A stretch of 64,000 nt of DNA, taken from assembly GCA_000004985.1 (NCBI GenBank), contig GG738887.1; one strand, written 5' to 3'. The translations under genes and the position numbers were made by a program. Position 1 is the stretch's first letter, and each line of letters starts with the position of its first letter. Below are positions 55,040-64,000 of this stretch, piece by piece. Source of the DNA: Naegleria gruberi. Lineage: Eukaryota. The notes beneath the pieces were generated by a model that was given only the letters and a program-made list of their open reading frames with translations, had not been told where the DNA came from and did no database searches.

Positions 55040-55998
55040 CTTGTTGTCTATTAAATGTAGTAACTGTAGGGAGAGTTGCTGATAATACAAAGGTAGAACA
55101 AAGGAAGCCAGAGTACCGAAAGAGCTCTATGGAGGAATGAACGGTGCAAAGTAAAGACTTTTTTTTTGATGAATTTTTCCGTGATTTACAACGAGGATTA
55201 TCAGCAGGTAATTTCCAGTGAAATATAGCCTGAGAGATTGCGTTCTTTTTCAGTGATTTCAAAAGGAATTGATATGATAATTTGTGGGGAGTTAGATAAT
55301 GTTGTTTGGAATATGAAGAATAATTATTGATGATTCTCGTGTATCATCTATTGAATGTAATAGTAAAGTTTCATATAAATAAAATTCAAAATAGTCAATG
55401 GTGAAAATCACAAGTAAAGACAATTATTGGATAGAGAACAGATATGGAAGATGCAACTTGTGATGTTTCTGAGGTGGTTGATTTCGTCATCACGAGAATA
55501 ACAAATCAAAAAAAATAACAACAAATCCTCTGTGAATGTGTGATGATTCTCGGAGTGGTTTTACATCATGAAAGCACCAAACTTTCACAGTATCATCCCA
55601 ACATTATCTAAATAGTAGTAATAGTAGTAATTTTTGTTGGTGGATTATCATCATGAAATTGGAATTTATTTTTCATTATTATGGAAAATCACAAGTTGGT
55701 GTTTAATAATACGATCATTCACCAACCATCACCAATGTTGTTTTCCATTGAATATAATAATAATATTTGTGAAAATTAATTTTTAGTTTCGGAAGAATTT
55801 GAATTTGTTTAATTGGGATACTTTTTACAACAAATTAACGACAGAGGACAACCAATTACCTAGAGGACAAAGTTTTAAATTGTTAAGGGTACAATTTATC
55901 AGTTTTTCAGCATGTAGAAATTCTAAATAATAATATGAATGATAATAATAATTGGATTTTGTGAGCAAATATTGTGTAATGACTCAATTTACTTATTA

Positions 55999-56406
55999 CT
56001 ACTGAATTAAATCATCTTCACTACAAGCCACCACATCAAGCTCTTGTGCATCCAAATGTCTTCTCATTCTCAACATTAAAACTGCTGGCAAACTTCTTTC
56101 ACTCCAATCTTCAAGTGAATCCAAAGAAACAACTAACAAATTTGGATTATGACCTGTCACTACACAACCAGGTTCTGGAGTGTCTATTTCAATAACATTA
56201 AAGTCACCATGTGGAGTTCCTGGAATGACTATTCCATCTCGTTGCATAATTTCTTTGGCATCTTGGATGAGTGAATTGTTAAGAGTTTCGTCTCTATCAA
56301 TGAAAATGACAACAGAACCATTATTGAACATGACCCATTTCTTTCTTTCAGATGTTTGCAGAATGGATTTCCAATATTTAACCAGACTATTGATTCTTCT
56401 TGTCAT
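55999..56406 (-). CDS. Hypothetical small protein, 135 aa
   Basis: ATG at 56406; the ORF has a balanced composition. No domain recognised. It shares a 280 bp divergent promoter region with the 56687 gene. Confidence 0.45.
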   Translation of the reverse strand: MTRRINSLVKYWKSILQTSERKKWVMFNNGSVVIFIDRDETLNNSLIQDAKEIMQRDGIVIPGTPHGDFNVIEIDTPEPGCVVTGHNPNLLVVSLDSLEDWSERSLPAVLMLRMRRHLDAQELDVVACSEDDLIQ

Positions 56407-56686
56407 TTTCTATGAATTGCTGATTCAGATGAGTTTCGTCCAAGCAATTTGAAAGTTTACATGAGAAGTTTCTTGACACCAATTTTGATTGGAGGAACAA
56501 AGATTTCACTGGATTCAATCGTTGCACAGAATATTTAATTAACCGTGTAGCCATTTTTTTGTAATATAAACTGTTACAAGCGAACCTATATTTTCAATCA
56601 TTTTCAGTTCAAGATATTATCAGAATAGAATGATTTCTCATTTGGCGCCACTTTTGTCTGTTTAAAAAATATTTCTCACAAAAAAA

Positions 56687-58243
56687 ATGCAAACACCGCT
56701 CACACACAAACTTTCACTAACCTCTTTCAACACGGAACGAAGAGAACTTCCCACTCTCGAAAATTCCAATCTCATCAATGAAAGTTCCTTTCAAATATTA
56801 TCAAATTTTATTGCAAATTGTCCTCCGCAAACTGAGGAGAAAATGGATGGATACGGAGAAGCTCTTCCGGGTGAAGGACATGATGCTCTCAATTATGGAT
56901 TGAATGGTTGCTTGATGAGAGTGAATGGAGCATTGAGAAATTATCAAATTTTGAATAATGTTCCACTGCAAACATTCTTTTCGTATTACATGTATGAAGA
57001 TGGAAAGGATTCGAATGATGAAATTTTGAGAAATGATAAAGAAATGATTGACTTGTTCAAGGGTGGAATTGTGGAATATGTGGATTGGTTTTGTTGCTCT
57101 ACCGAAACTTCACAAAGTTCAAGAAGTGAGATTAGAATAAGCAAGTTGAGTGGAGATTATTTTCATTTCGTACAATCAAATGCTTTTGGCATTGGAACTA
57201 GAACTTTTGAAACAGATCAGTATTTTGCCTTGCATTTGGTGGACTCAAAGGAAACATGTAGTACTATTCCACTAATTGAATTCAAGTCATTTTGTGGAAT
57301 ACAAGAAGGTTTCGTTCATCAAGCCAAAATTGAAGATATTAGAAAGTCATCAAAGATTCCTTCTGAATGGAGTATGGAAAAGTTTGTGAGATTTTTAATG
57401 CTATGCTCCAATAGTTTACATCACAACATTAAAGAATGGGAACAAGTCGATACATTTCAAACAATTTTGACTGGACGAAACGTTTCGATTATTACTGATC
57501 TACAAATTGAACAGGAAACGATCATGATTTATAGAGAGGAAGATGATTATTATGAACAATTTAGTGAGGAAGAAAGAAATCTAGTAGGATATAATTTGAA
57601 TCATGGAAATCTCTTTAAGGAACAACTCTCTGGTCAATCAGTAATCGAGAAAGTATTAGAAACTTTTAGAAAGAATGAAAATTCTAACGAGTTGACCTTC
57701 TTACTGAACCTTCAACAGACCATTCATAATCTCTGTGTTAAAGCCACATTCATTGAAAAGCCAGATAATTCTCCAGTATTACAAAGAATTTCAGGTCAAC
57801 TTTACAACTTTAAAAATTGTAATTCGTTTGTAATTGAAATTGGTGAATATGTCAATAATTACAGAGCTCATGCAGAGGCAATTTGTAATGTAAATGGTAA
57901 AGAGATTCCTCTCCAATTAGATAGTTCCACTGTGAATGGTTACACATTCGAAAGATTTAATTTACGAATCAAGAATTCTCAACAAGTTTTGATTGAAATT
58001 ATTCGAACTCCAGAAGTTTCGAATATTGAAATAATAGATCCACAATTTAAACAAGATTTATTGGGAGAATTGAGTCAAGATGTTACAGATATGGAATTTG
58101 CTGGTTTACTCTATCATTGCCTCAAGAAAACTAATCTTTACATTACATACAGTTCATCTTTTCATACAAGTGGAAACAAACATGGATATCACGATGTTTT
58201 TGAAGAGAATACAATATTTCAAAATCGAAAAATGTTCTGGTAA
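56687..58243 (+). CDS. Hypothetical protein, 518 aa, single exon
   Basis: ATG at 56687 after an A8 run with a TTTAAAAAATA TATA-like element about 25 bp upstream. Long ORF with normal composition. No assignable motif. Confidence 0.6.
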   Translation: MQTPLTHKLSLTSFNTERRELPTLENSNLINESSFQILSNFIANCPPQTEEKMDGYGEALPGEGHDALNYGLNGCLMRVNGALRNYQILNNVPLQTFFSYYMYEDGKDSNDEILRNDKEMIDLFKGGIVEYVDWFCCSTETSQSSRSEIRISKLSGDYFHFVQSNAFGIGTRTFETDQYFALHLVDSKETCSTIPLIEFKSFCGIQEGFVHQAKIEDIRKSSKIPSEWSMEKFVRFLMLCSNSLHHNIKEWEQVDTFQTILTGRNVSIITDLQIEQETIMIYREEDDYYEQFSEEERNLVGYNLNHGNLFKEQLSGQSVIEKVLETFRKNENSNELTFLLNLQQTIHNLCVKATFIEKPDNSPVLQRISGQLYNFKNCNSFVIEIGEYVNNYRAHAEAICNVNGKEIPLQLDSSTVNGYTFERFNLRIKNSQQVLIEIIRTPEVSNIEIIDPQFKQDLLGELSQDVTDMEFAGLLYHCLKKTNLYITYSSSFHTSGNKHGYHDVFEENTIFQNRKMFW

Positions 58244-58375
58244 GGAAGTTCAATTTGATTAACCATCATTATAATGTGTTATCGTAATCATCCGCTTTCG
58301 AATAAAGTTAACAATCTCGTCCATCAATAAATCCTTTCATCATCAAAAAAAAACAATCAACAACTGCTCAGCATC

Positions 58376-59614
58376 ATGAAGGTTTCCACTACCGTGATGA
58401 TGGCCATTCTCTTGGCCTTGGCATTGTCAACTTTCGTAGTTGCCTCAAGTCCATTTGATTCTTTGGCAGATGCCATTGTCGAAGCTATCTATGTCAGAAG
58501 ATTGCCAAGATCAAACTCATACGGAAGATCCAGATCTACCAGAAGCAGTGGCAGATCTACCAGAGGAGGAAGATCCACCAGATCCACTTCTAGAAGCAGT
58601 GGAAGATCAACTCGTGGTGGTAAGTCAACTAGAGGAGGAAAATCCAACAGAGGTGGTAAATCTGGTAAATCAGGCAAATCTGGTAAATCTGGAAAATCTG
58701 GAAAATCTGGAAAATCAGGTAAATCAGGTAAATCTGGTAAGGGTAAGAAGGGTAAATCTGGAAAATCTGGAAAATCAGGTAAGGGTGGTAAATCTGGAAA
58801 ATCAGGAAAGGGAAAGAAGGATAAGAAGAATGGAAAAGGAAAGAAGGATAAGAAGAATAAGAAAGATAAGAAAGACAAGAAGGATAAAAAGAATAAGAAG
58901 GACAAGAAGGACAAGAAGAATCAACAAGGTCAACAAAATGGTGAAAATCCACAACAAGAAAATGGTCAACCTCAAAATTCTGAAAATCCACAACAAGAAG
59001 CTCCACCACAACAAGAAAATGGTCAACAAAATGGAGAAAATCAACAACCAGAACAACCAGAACAATCTCAACAAGAACAACAACCACAAAATGAAGCTCA
59101 AACCATGAATAATAATGAAGGAAGTTGTGGACAACAGTAAGTATCAATGTTAATATTGTAAATTTCTAATTTTGGAAATAGATATCCATCATTCAAACAA
59201 TGTGGTCAATCATGGAGTTCTCAATTAATTAGCTCCAAGTCAATCTGTAATTCTGGATGTTTAATCACTTCTTTGTGTATGGCTTTGAATGGACGTGGTA
59301 AGACAAGCATGAATCCAGGTCAATTCACACAATGGTTGAAATCAAATAGAGGATTGAGTGGTAATTATCTTGTTTGGGGTGCTGCATCCAAGTTTGGTAT
59401 TTCCTATCATGGTAAGGTTAAGGGAACTTCAACTATTTCTCAAAAGCTCTGTGCTGGAAACATTGTCATTCTCAATGTCAAGAATGGTGGACACTGGGTT
59501 TTGGCCACAGGTTACGATCCAAGTACTCAAACTTTCTCAGTCAATGATCCTGGAAGTTCTACCAAGTCCAGTTATCCTGCCAGAGAAGTTGTTCAAGCTG
59601 CTATTTACAATTAA
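58376..59614 (+). CDS. Secreted highly cationic repeat protein (RS/G repeats, (SGK)n, (KKDKK)n, Q/N/E/P-rich) with C-terminal CHAP/C39-like papain-fold (Cys...His) domain; 2 exons
   Basis: ATG at 58376. The signal peptide is MKVSTTVMMAILLALALSTFVVASS. Exon 1 is 58376-59136 (phase 2; the ORF-track stop TAA lies inside the GTAAGT donor). Intron is 59137-59181 (GTAAGT...GAAATAG, 45 bp). Exon 2 is 59182-59614, in frame with ORF 59273-59614. The exon-2 domain is QYPSFKQCGQSWSSQLISSKSICNSGCLITSLCMALNGRG...NGGHWVLATGYDPSTQTF, with the Cys in a QCGQ context and the His in a GHWV context, as in CHAP / C39-like amidases. Confidence 0.7.
58560..59100 (+). repeat. Coding tandem repeats inside the preceding gene: 9-bp (TCTGGWAAA)n encoding (SGK)n, (AAGRAYAAG)n encoding K/D runs, and CAACAAGAAAATGGT-type units
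   Basis: Directly visible periodicity at 58640-58800 (tctggtaaa / tctggaaaa / tcaggtaaa units), 58800-58920 (aagaaggataag...) and 58920-59100 (caacaagaaaatggtcaac...). It generates three spurious minus-strand ORFs (58489-58914, 58629-59147, 58802-59134). Confidence 0.85.
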
Positions 59615-60662
59615 ATATTTTTCATTTGGTGGCATTGCATTTTGCTAATATTTCCTTGTCATCTCAATTCGAATGGTTTATTTCAAAACTTCGAATGTTA
59701 CCATTCACTTTGTAAAATTGCTCCTAATTTCATATTACAAAGACATGATTTTGATCATGATGAGTAAGGAACCTTGTTCCACTGTTCCAGGCAATTATTC
59801 GAATAAAATACTACCATAAATATAGAATATGTTGAGAAAGGTGTTTGAGGTGAACAACAAGAGCAAAACCAGAGCCAAAAGTCATATTTTGTGTGGTGGT
59901 TAAAGATTTAACTCTTTCTTCCTTATTTCAATTCAGATAGTGTGCAAAATTTGTACAACACTTCCAAATAGTCATGATATCAATCCCTCCTCATATCATG
60001 AAGTGAGGAATCATATTTATATGAAGAATAAGCTCCTTTCTTTTGTCATTTCTTTTCTCTCTATCCTCTTTAGTTGTGGATAGGATTTCCAAATCTTGAA
60101 TCCTTGATTCAAACTATCAACACCATTGAAATAAAACTGTCTCATATATGTTGTCATTAAATCTGAGACTTCCTTTCGAATAGTTGAGTTTTCATCTAGA
60201 AAATAAACTTGTCCATTATACGAACAACTCCAAATGCAAAATAAGTTTTTAATCTGATTGCAGAAACTTGTTCAGCATTTCAAGCAACATACCTCATCCT
60301 TTGGATGAAGAATATGTTGAGTGAGCTTCTACCTATTGGTTTCTTTATTGTTTTATTTGGAGAAATACCATTAAAGCAGGTACCAAGGCTGAATCACCTC
60401 AAAGATGAAACAGTCCCTGAGCTTTAATACCCATTAGTATAATTACATGCTCTCAATCTTGTTTTTATTAATTTGCAATATAACATTTTGTTAATTGTTT
60501 TTTGGTGGGAACTCATTCTAGAATTCAAGTCCATTACCGTGTTGCACCTCTGTTCTTCTTCTTTCCAGTTCAACCCAAAGTAACAAAAGAACCTTGGAGT
60601 TCATTTAACCGTGATTTCTGATTCCATTTTGCCAACTGTACCATGTTATCATGATAAACTCT

Positions 60663-60670
60663 ATAAATAC
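60663..60670 (+). promoter_or_regulatory. TATA box (TATAAATA) about 60 bp upstream of the 60729 start codon
   Basis: ctcTATAAATAcgag at 60661-60674. The ATG at 60729 is in an A-rich leader. Confidence 0.35.
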
Positions 60671-60728
60671 GAGTCCAATAACATGACACAACCCAAAACC
60701 AACTTCAAAAAAACAAGTCAACCAACAA

Positions 60729-61325
60729 ATGCCTCCACCACCTCCACCAAGCCATAATAGCATTATTAGTACTTCTCAAGGATTTACTCCACCACCTCCT
60801 GGAATAAACAGTTCTTTCAAAGTAGGAGGAGGCACTCCACCACCTCCTGGATCATTCTCTCCAATGATTCAAGATCCAGTTTCCATTCCAGTGATTGGAG
60901 GAAAGGTCAATAAGGTTCACACAAAAAAGTCAACAAAACAGTACATTAATGTGAGAGAAATTATTGGACCAAAAGATGTTTTCCAAGCATTGAGAATTGC
61001 TCCATCAGTTTTTAAGGAATTATTTGGAGTTTCTTATCCAAATAATTCAGAATATTTGGAAGGTCAACAAATTGCTCAAGTTGTCTTTGAAGATTTCGAA
61101 TTAAATTTGATTTGGGCGAGGGATATGAGTCAAACTGATGATTCGTATGCAGTTCCATATGCCATGACTGATAGTACTCATGCCTTGTGGGAATTGTTGG
61201 GAAATAATGGTTTCGAATTGAGAGATTCGAGAAATTATCTCACCTATCAAACTAATAGAGTGAGCAGATTTAATGGAAGAATGTTGTGCGAAAGAGTATT
61301 CGAAAGAGACCTTTCCAAAATGTAG
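60729..61325 (+). CDS. Proline-rich N-terminus protein, 198 aa, unknown function
   Basis: ATG at 60729 (MPPPPPPSHN..., three poly-Pro tracts of profilin/SH3-ligand type), followed by a globular about 140 aa region with no recognised motif. Confidence 0.5.
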   Translation: MPPPPPPSHNSIISTSQGFTPPPPGINSSFKVGGGTPPPPGSFSPMIQDPVSIPVIGGKVNKVHTKKSTKQYINVREIIGPKDVFQALRIAPSVFKELFGVSYPNNSEYLEGQQIAQVVFEDFELNLIWARDMSQTDDSYAVPYAMTDSTHALWELLGNNGFELRDSRNYLTYQTNRVSRFNGRMLCERVFERDLSKM

Positions 61326-61724
61326 TTTATTCTTGATTCCACTTTTAACATATAAACTAAACATTTCGAATAATTATTTGCGAAGTTTATGAAATAAACG
61401 TAGTTTTACTCTCTCGGAACCTTAATGTTCTTTCGGAATTAATTTGAGACTTCAAATATTCCGAAAGGTATAAATGGGAAGTAGAATCAACAAGTGTTAA
61501 AACCATCTTTTATTACACAAAACAAAAGAAATATCCAAATGTCACAATTGTATTTTAAATCAAGAAATGAATTATCAGAGTGCTCTATTGATCAATACAC
61601 CCTCCCTTTACCCTCCCTTAAAATAATGTGAAAGAACATGTTGTGAATACATAGCACGGCTATGTAATTGAGGATAACTAAATTTTTGAATAGGAATTGT
61701 ATCCCTCCCTTACGATTGGCATAG

Positions 61725-62971
61725 NNNNNNNNNNNNNNNNNNNNNNNNNNNNNNNNNNNNNNNNNNNNNNNNNNNNNNNNNNNNNNNNNNNNNNNNNNNN
61801 NNNNNNNNNNNNNNNNNNNNNNNNNNNNNNNNNNNNNNNNNNNNNNNNNNNNNNNNNNNNNNNNNNNNNNNNNNNNNNNNNNNNNNNNNNNNNNNNNNNN
61901 NNNNNNNNNNNNNNNNNNNNNNNNNNNNNNNNNNNNNNNNNNNNNNNNNNNNNNNNNNNNNNNNNNNNNNNNNNNNNNNNNNNNNNNNNNNNNNNNNNNN
62001 NNNNNNNNNNNNNNNNNNNNNNNNNNNNNNNNNNNNNNNNNNNNNNNNNNNNNNNNNNNNNNNNNNNNNNNNNNNNNNNNNNNNNNNNNNNNNNNNNNNN
62101 NNNNNNNNNNNNNNNNNNNNNNNNNNNNNNNNNNNNNNNNNNNNNNNNNNNNNNNNNNNNNNNNNNNNNNNNNNNNNNNNNNNNNNNNNNNNNNNNNNNN
62201 NNNNNNNNNNNNNNNNNNNNNNNNNNNNNNNNNNNNNNNNNNNNNNNNNNNNNNNNNNNNNNNNNNNNNNNNNNNNNNNNNNNNNNNNNNNNNNNNNNNN
62301 NNNNNNNNNNNNNNNNNNNNNNNNNNNNNNNNNNNNNNNNNNNNNNNNNNNNNNNNNNNNNNNNNNNNNNNNNNNNNNNNNNNNNNNNNNNNNNNNNNNN
62401 NNNNNNNNNNNNNNNNNNNNNNNNNNNNNNNNNNNNNNNNNNNNNNNNNNNNNNNNNNNNNNNNNNNNNNNNNNNNNNNNNNNNNNNNNNNNNNNNNNNN
62501 NNNNNNNNNNNNNNNNNNNNNNNNNNNNNNNNNNNNNNNNNNNNNNNNNNNNNNNNNNNNNNNNNNNNNNNNNNNNNNNNNNNNNNNNNNNNNNNNNNNN
62601 NNNNNNNNNNNNNNNNNNNNNNNNNNNNNNNNNNNNNNNNNNNNNNNNNNNNNNNNNNNNNNNNNNNNNNNNNNNNNNNNNNNNNNNNNNNNNNNNNNNN
62701 NNNNNNNNNNNNNNNNNNNNNNNNNNNNNNNNNNNNNNNNNNNNNNNNNNNNNNNNNNNNNNNNNNNNNNNNNNNNNNNNNNNNNNNNNNNNNNNNNNNN
62801 NNNNNNNNNNNNNNNNNNNNNNNNNNNNNNNNNNNNNNNNNNNNNNNNNNNNNNNNNNNNNNNNNNNNNNNNNNNNNNNNNNNNNNNNNNNNNNNNNNNN
62901 NNNNNNNNNNNNNNNNNNNNNNNNNNNNNNNNNNNNNNNNNNNNNNNNNNNNNNNNNNNNNNNNNNNNNNN
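61725..62971. other. Assembly gap (run of N)
   Basis: n characters from 61725 to 62971. The ORFs of X residues in the ORF track are artefacts of this gap. Confidence 0.97.
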
Positions 62972-63562
62972 GGAGATATTTCAAAACATAAAATAAATTA
63001 TATTTTCGAGATGTACTATTGATTTACAACCGATTGATATGTATTTTGTAGATTGACGATGTGGTTCTCTATATATATTCAAGATTTCCTCCTGATCTTC
63101 CAAGACAACCTTGAAATTTCACCCTTTACCTTACTGAAAGATAGAATATTCACCAAAATGTCTTAAAATTGAACCATATACATTATTTGAGATGTTGAAC
63201 ATGGTGGTAGAGTTGCATAGAGTGGTCATTTTCCAGATTTTCATCCATGTACACAGTTGACTAGTTGGTATGTTAGAGTTGAAATCATGAATATGAAAGT
63301 GAAAATAAACTTAATATTCTATCTCTACTCATCGAATGGAGCATTTTCATATATATATTGTTGATTGAAGTGATGTATTTGATAGAGTTGGTCTGACTTG
63401 TCTTTCTCTAAAGTCAACCATAAAATATCAACATTTACCTTTCCATGGTACCATTTCTGATTTTTATGATATGAAATTGAATTCTATATCATTATATATC
63501 ATCTACATCATTTTGGTAAAGTTTCAATAGGTGGTCCTTTTCCAGATTTCCACCTTTTCAGG

Positions 63563-64000
63563 TTGGGTTTTTAGGTTTGGGTTTGGGTTTGGGTATGGCG
63601 AAAGGGTTTGGGTTTGGGTTTGGGTTTGGGTTTGGGTTTGGGTTTGGGTTTGGGTTTGGGTTTGGGTTTGGGTTTGGGTTTGGGTTTGGGTTTGGGTTTG
63701 GGTTTGGGTTTGGGTTTGGGTTTGGGTTTGGGTTTGGGTTTGGGTTTGGGTTTGGGTTTGGGTTTGGGTTTGGGTTTGGGTTTGGGTTTGGGTTTGGGTT
63801 TGGGTTTGGGTTTGGGTTTGGGTTTGGGTTTGGGTTTGGGTTTGGGTTTGGGTTTGGGTTTGGGTTTGGGTTTGGGTTTGGGTTTGGGTTTGGGTTGGGT
63901 TTGGGTTTGGGTTGGGTTTGGGTTTGGGTTGGGTTTGGGTTTGGGTTTGGGTTTGGGTTTGGGTTTGGGTTTGGGTTTGGGTTTGGGTTTGGGTTTGGGT
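63563..64000 (+). repeat. (GGGTTT)n = (TTTGGG)n hexamer array of about 70 copies running to the end of the window; telomere-like
   Basis: A degenerate start (ggtttttaggtttgggtttgggtatggcgaaagggttt) becomes a near-perfect GGGTTT array from about 63601. A few GGGTT variants occur near 63890-63940. The G-rich strand runs 5'->3' toward the scaffold end, as expected for a right-hand telomere. Confidence 0.8.

Noticed and set aside
58489-59147. Three long minus-strand ORFs (141, 172 and 110 aa)
   Set aside because: They are generated by the coding tandem repeats (SGK/KKDKK/QQENGQ) read in antisense. The repeat periodicity keeps all frames open, and they are pure low-complexity F/L/P strings.
59615-60728. 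1.1 kb ORF-free interval searched for a spliced gene, ncRNA or mobile element
   Set aside because: No frame-consistent exon chain with GTAAGT donors, no repeats and no terminal inverted repeats were found. It is most simply read as 3' UTR plus promoter of the flanking genes.
63563-64000. Ciliate (Paramecium-like) origin suggested by a TTTGGG/TTGGG terminal repeat
   Set aside because: Long ORFs terminate on TAA/TAG and Gln is encoded by CAA/CAG, so the standard code applies. Introns are 36-58 bp with GTAAGT donors rather than 20-30 bp ciliate introns.

Overview
This window is the end of a eukaryotic nuclear scaffold, with about 66% AT in the readable part. Positions 1-23940 are an N-run (assembly gap). 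Readable sequence runs 23941-61724, then a 1.25 kb N-gap at 61725-62971, then 62972-64000, which ends in a long (GGGTTT)n array.

The readable ~38 kb is gene-dense, roughly one gene per 1.6 kb, and uses the standard genetic code (long ORFs end on TAA/TGA/TAG; Gln is encoded by CAA/CAG). It carries many very short spliceosomal introns (36-58 bp; two longer ones of 128 and 227 bp) with near-invariant GTAAGT/GTATGT donors and (T/C/A)AG acceptors.

Several ORF-track starts are TTG alternative-start artefacts; I re-anchored them on real ATGs (29279, 35368, 38301, 38968, 51257, 55039). Several genes the ORF track misses or splits were rebuilt by hand: an EF-hand gene, a C2 gene, a glycoside-hydrolase-like gene, a 2-TM gene, a 7TM-like gene, the SGK-repeat/CHAP gene and the receptor pseudo-cyclase.

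I call about 24 protein-coding genes. The most notable are:
- a 1.77-kaa intronless polytopic PAS-domain class III adenylyl cyclase;
- a second, receptor-type cyclase-homology gene whose catalytic residues are degenerate (pseudo-cyclase);
- a secreted, extremely cationic SGK/KKDKK/Q-rich repeat protein ending in a CHAP/C39-like cysteine-peptidase domain;
- an NHL-repeat protein;
- a C2 plus LRAT/NlpC-P60-like protein;
- an S1 serine protease;
- an auxin-efflux-carrier-family transporter interrupted by a +/-1 frameshift in an A7 homopolymer;
- a small 3-exon EF-hand gene.

No rRNA, tRNA, CRISPR array or obvious transposon was recognised. The terminal (TTTGGG)n array, with the G-rich strand running 5'->3' toward the scaffold end and a duplicated junction sequence, looks like a telomere with a subtelomeric repeat. 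The organism cannot be named from sequence alone (protist-like, possibly amoebozoan).
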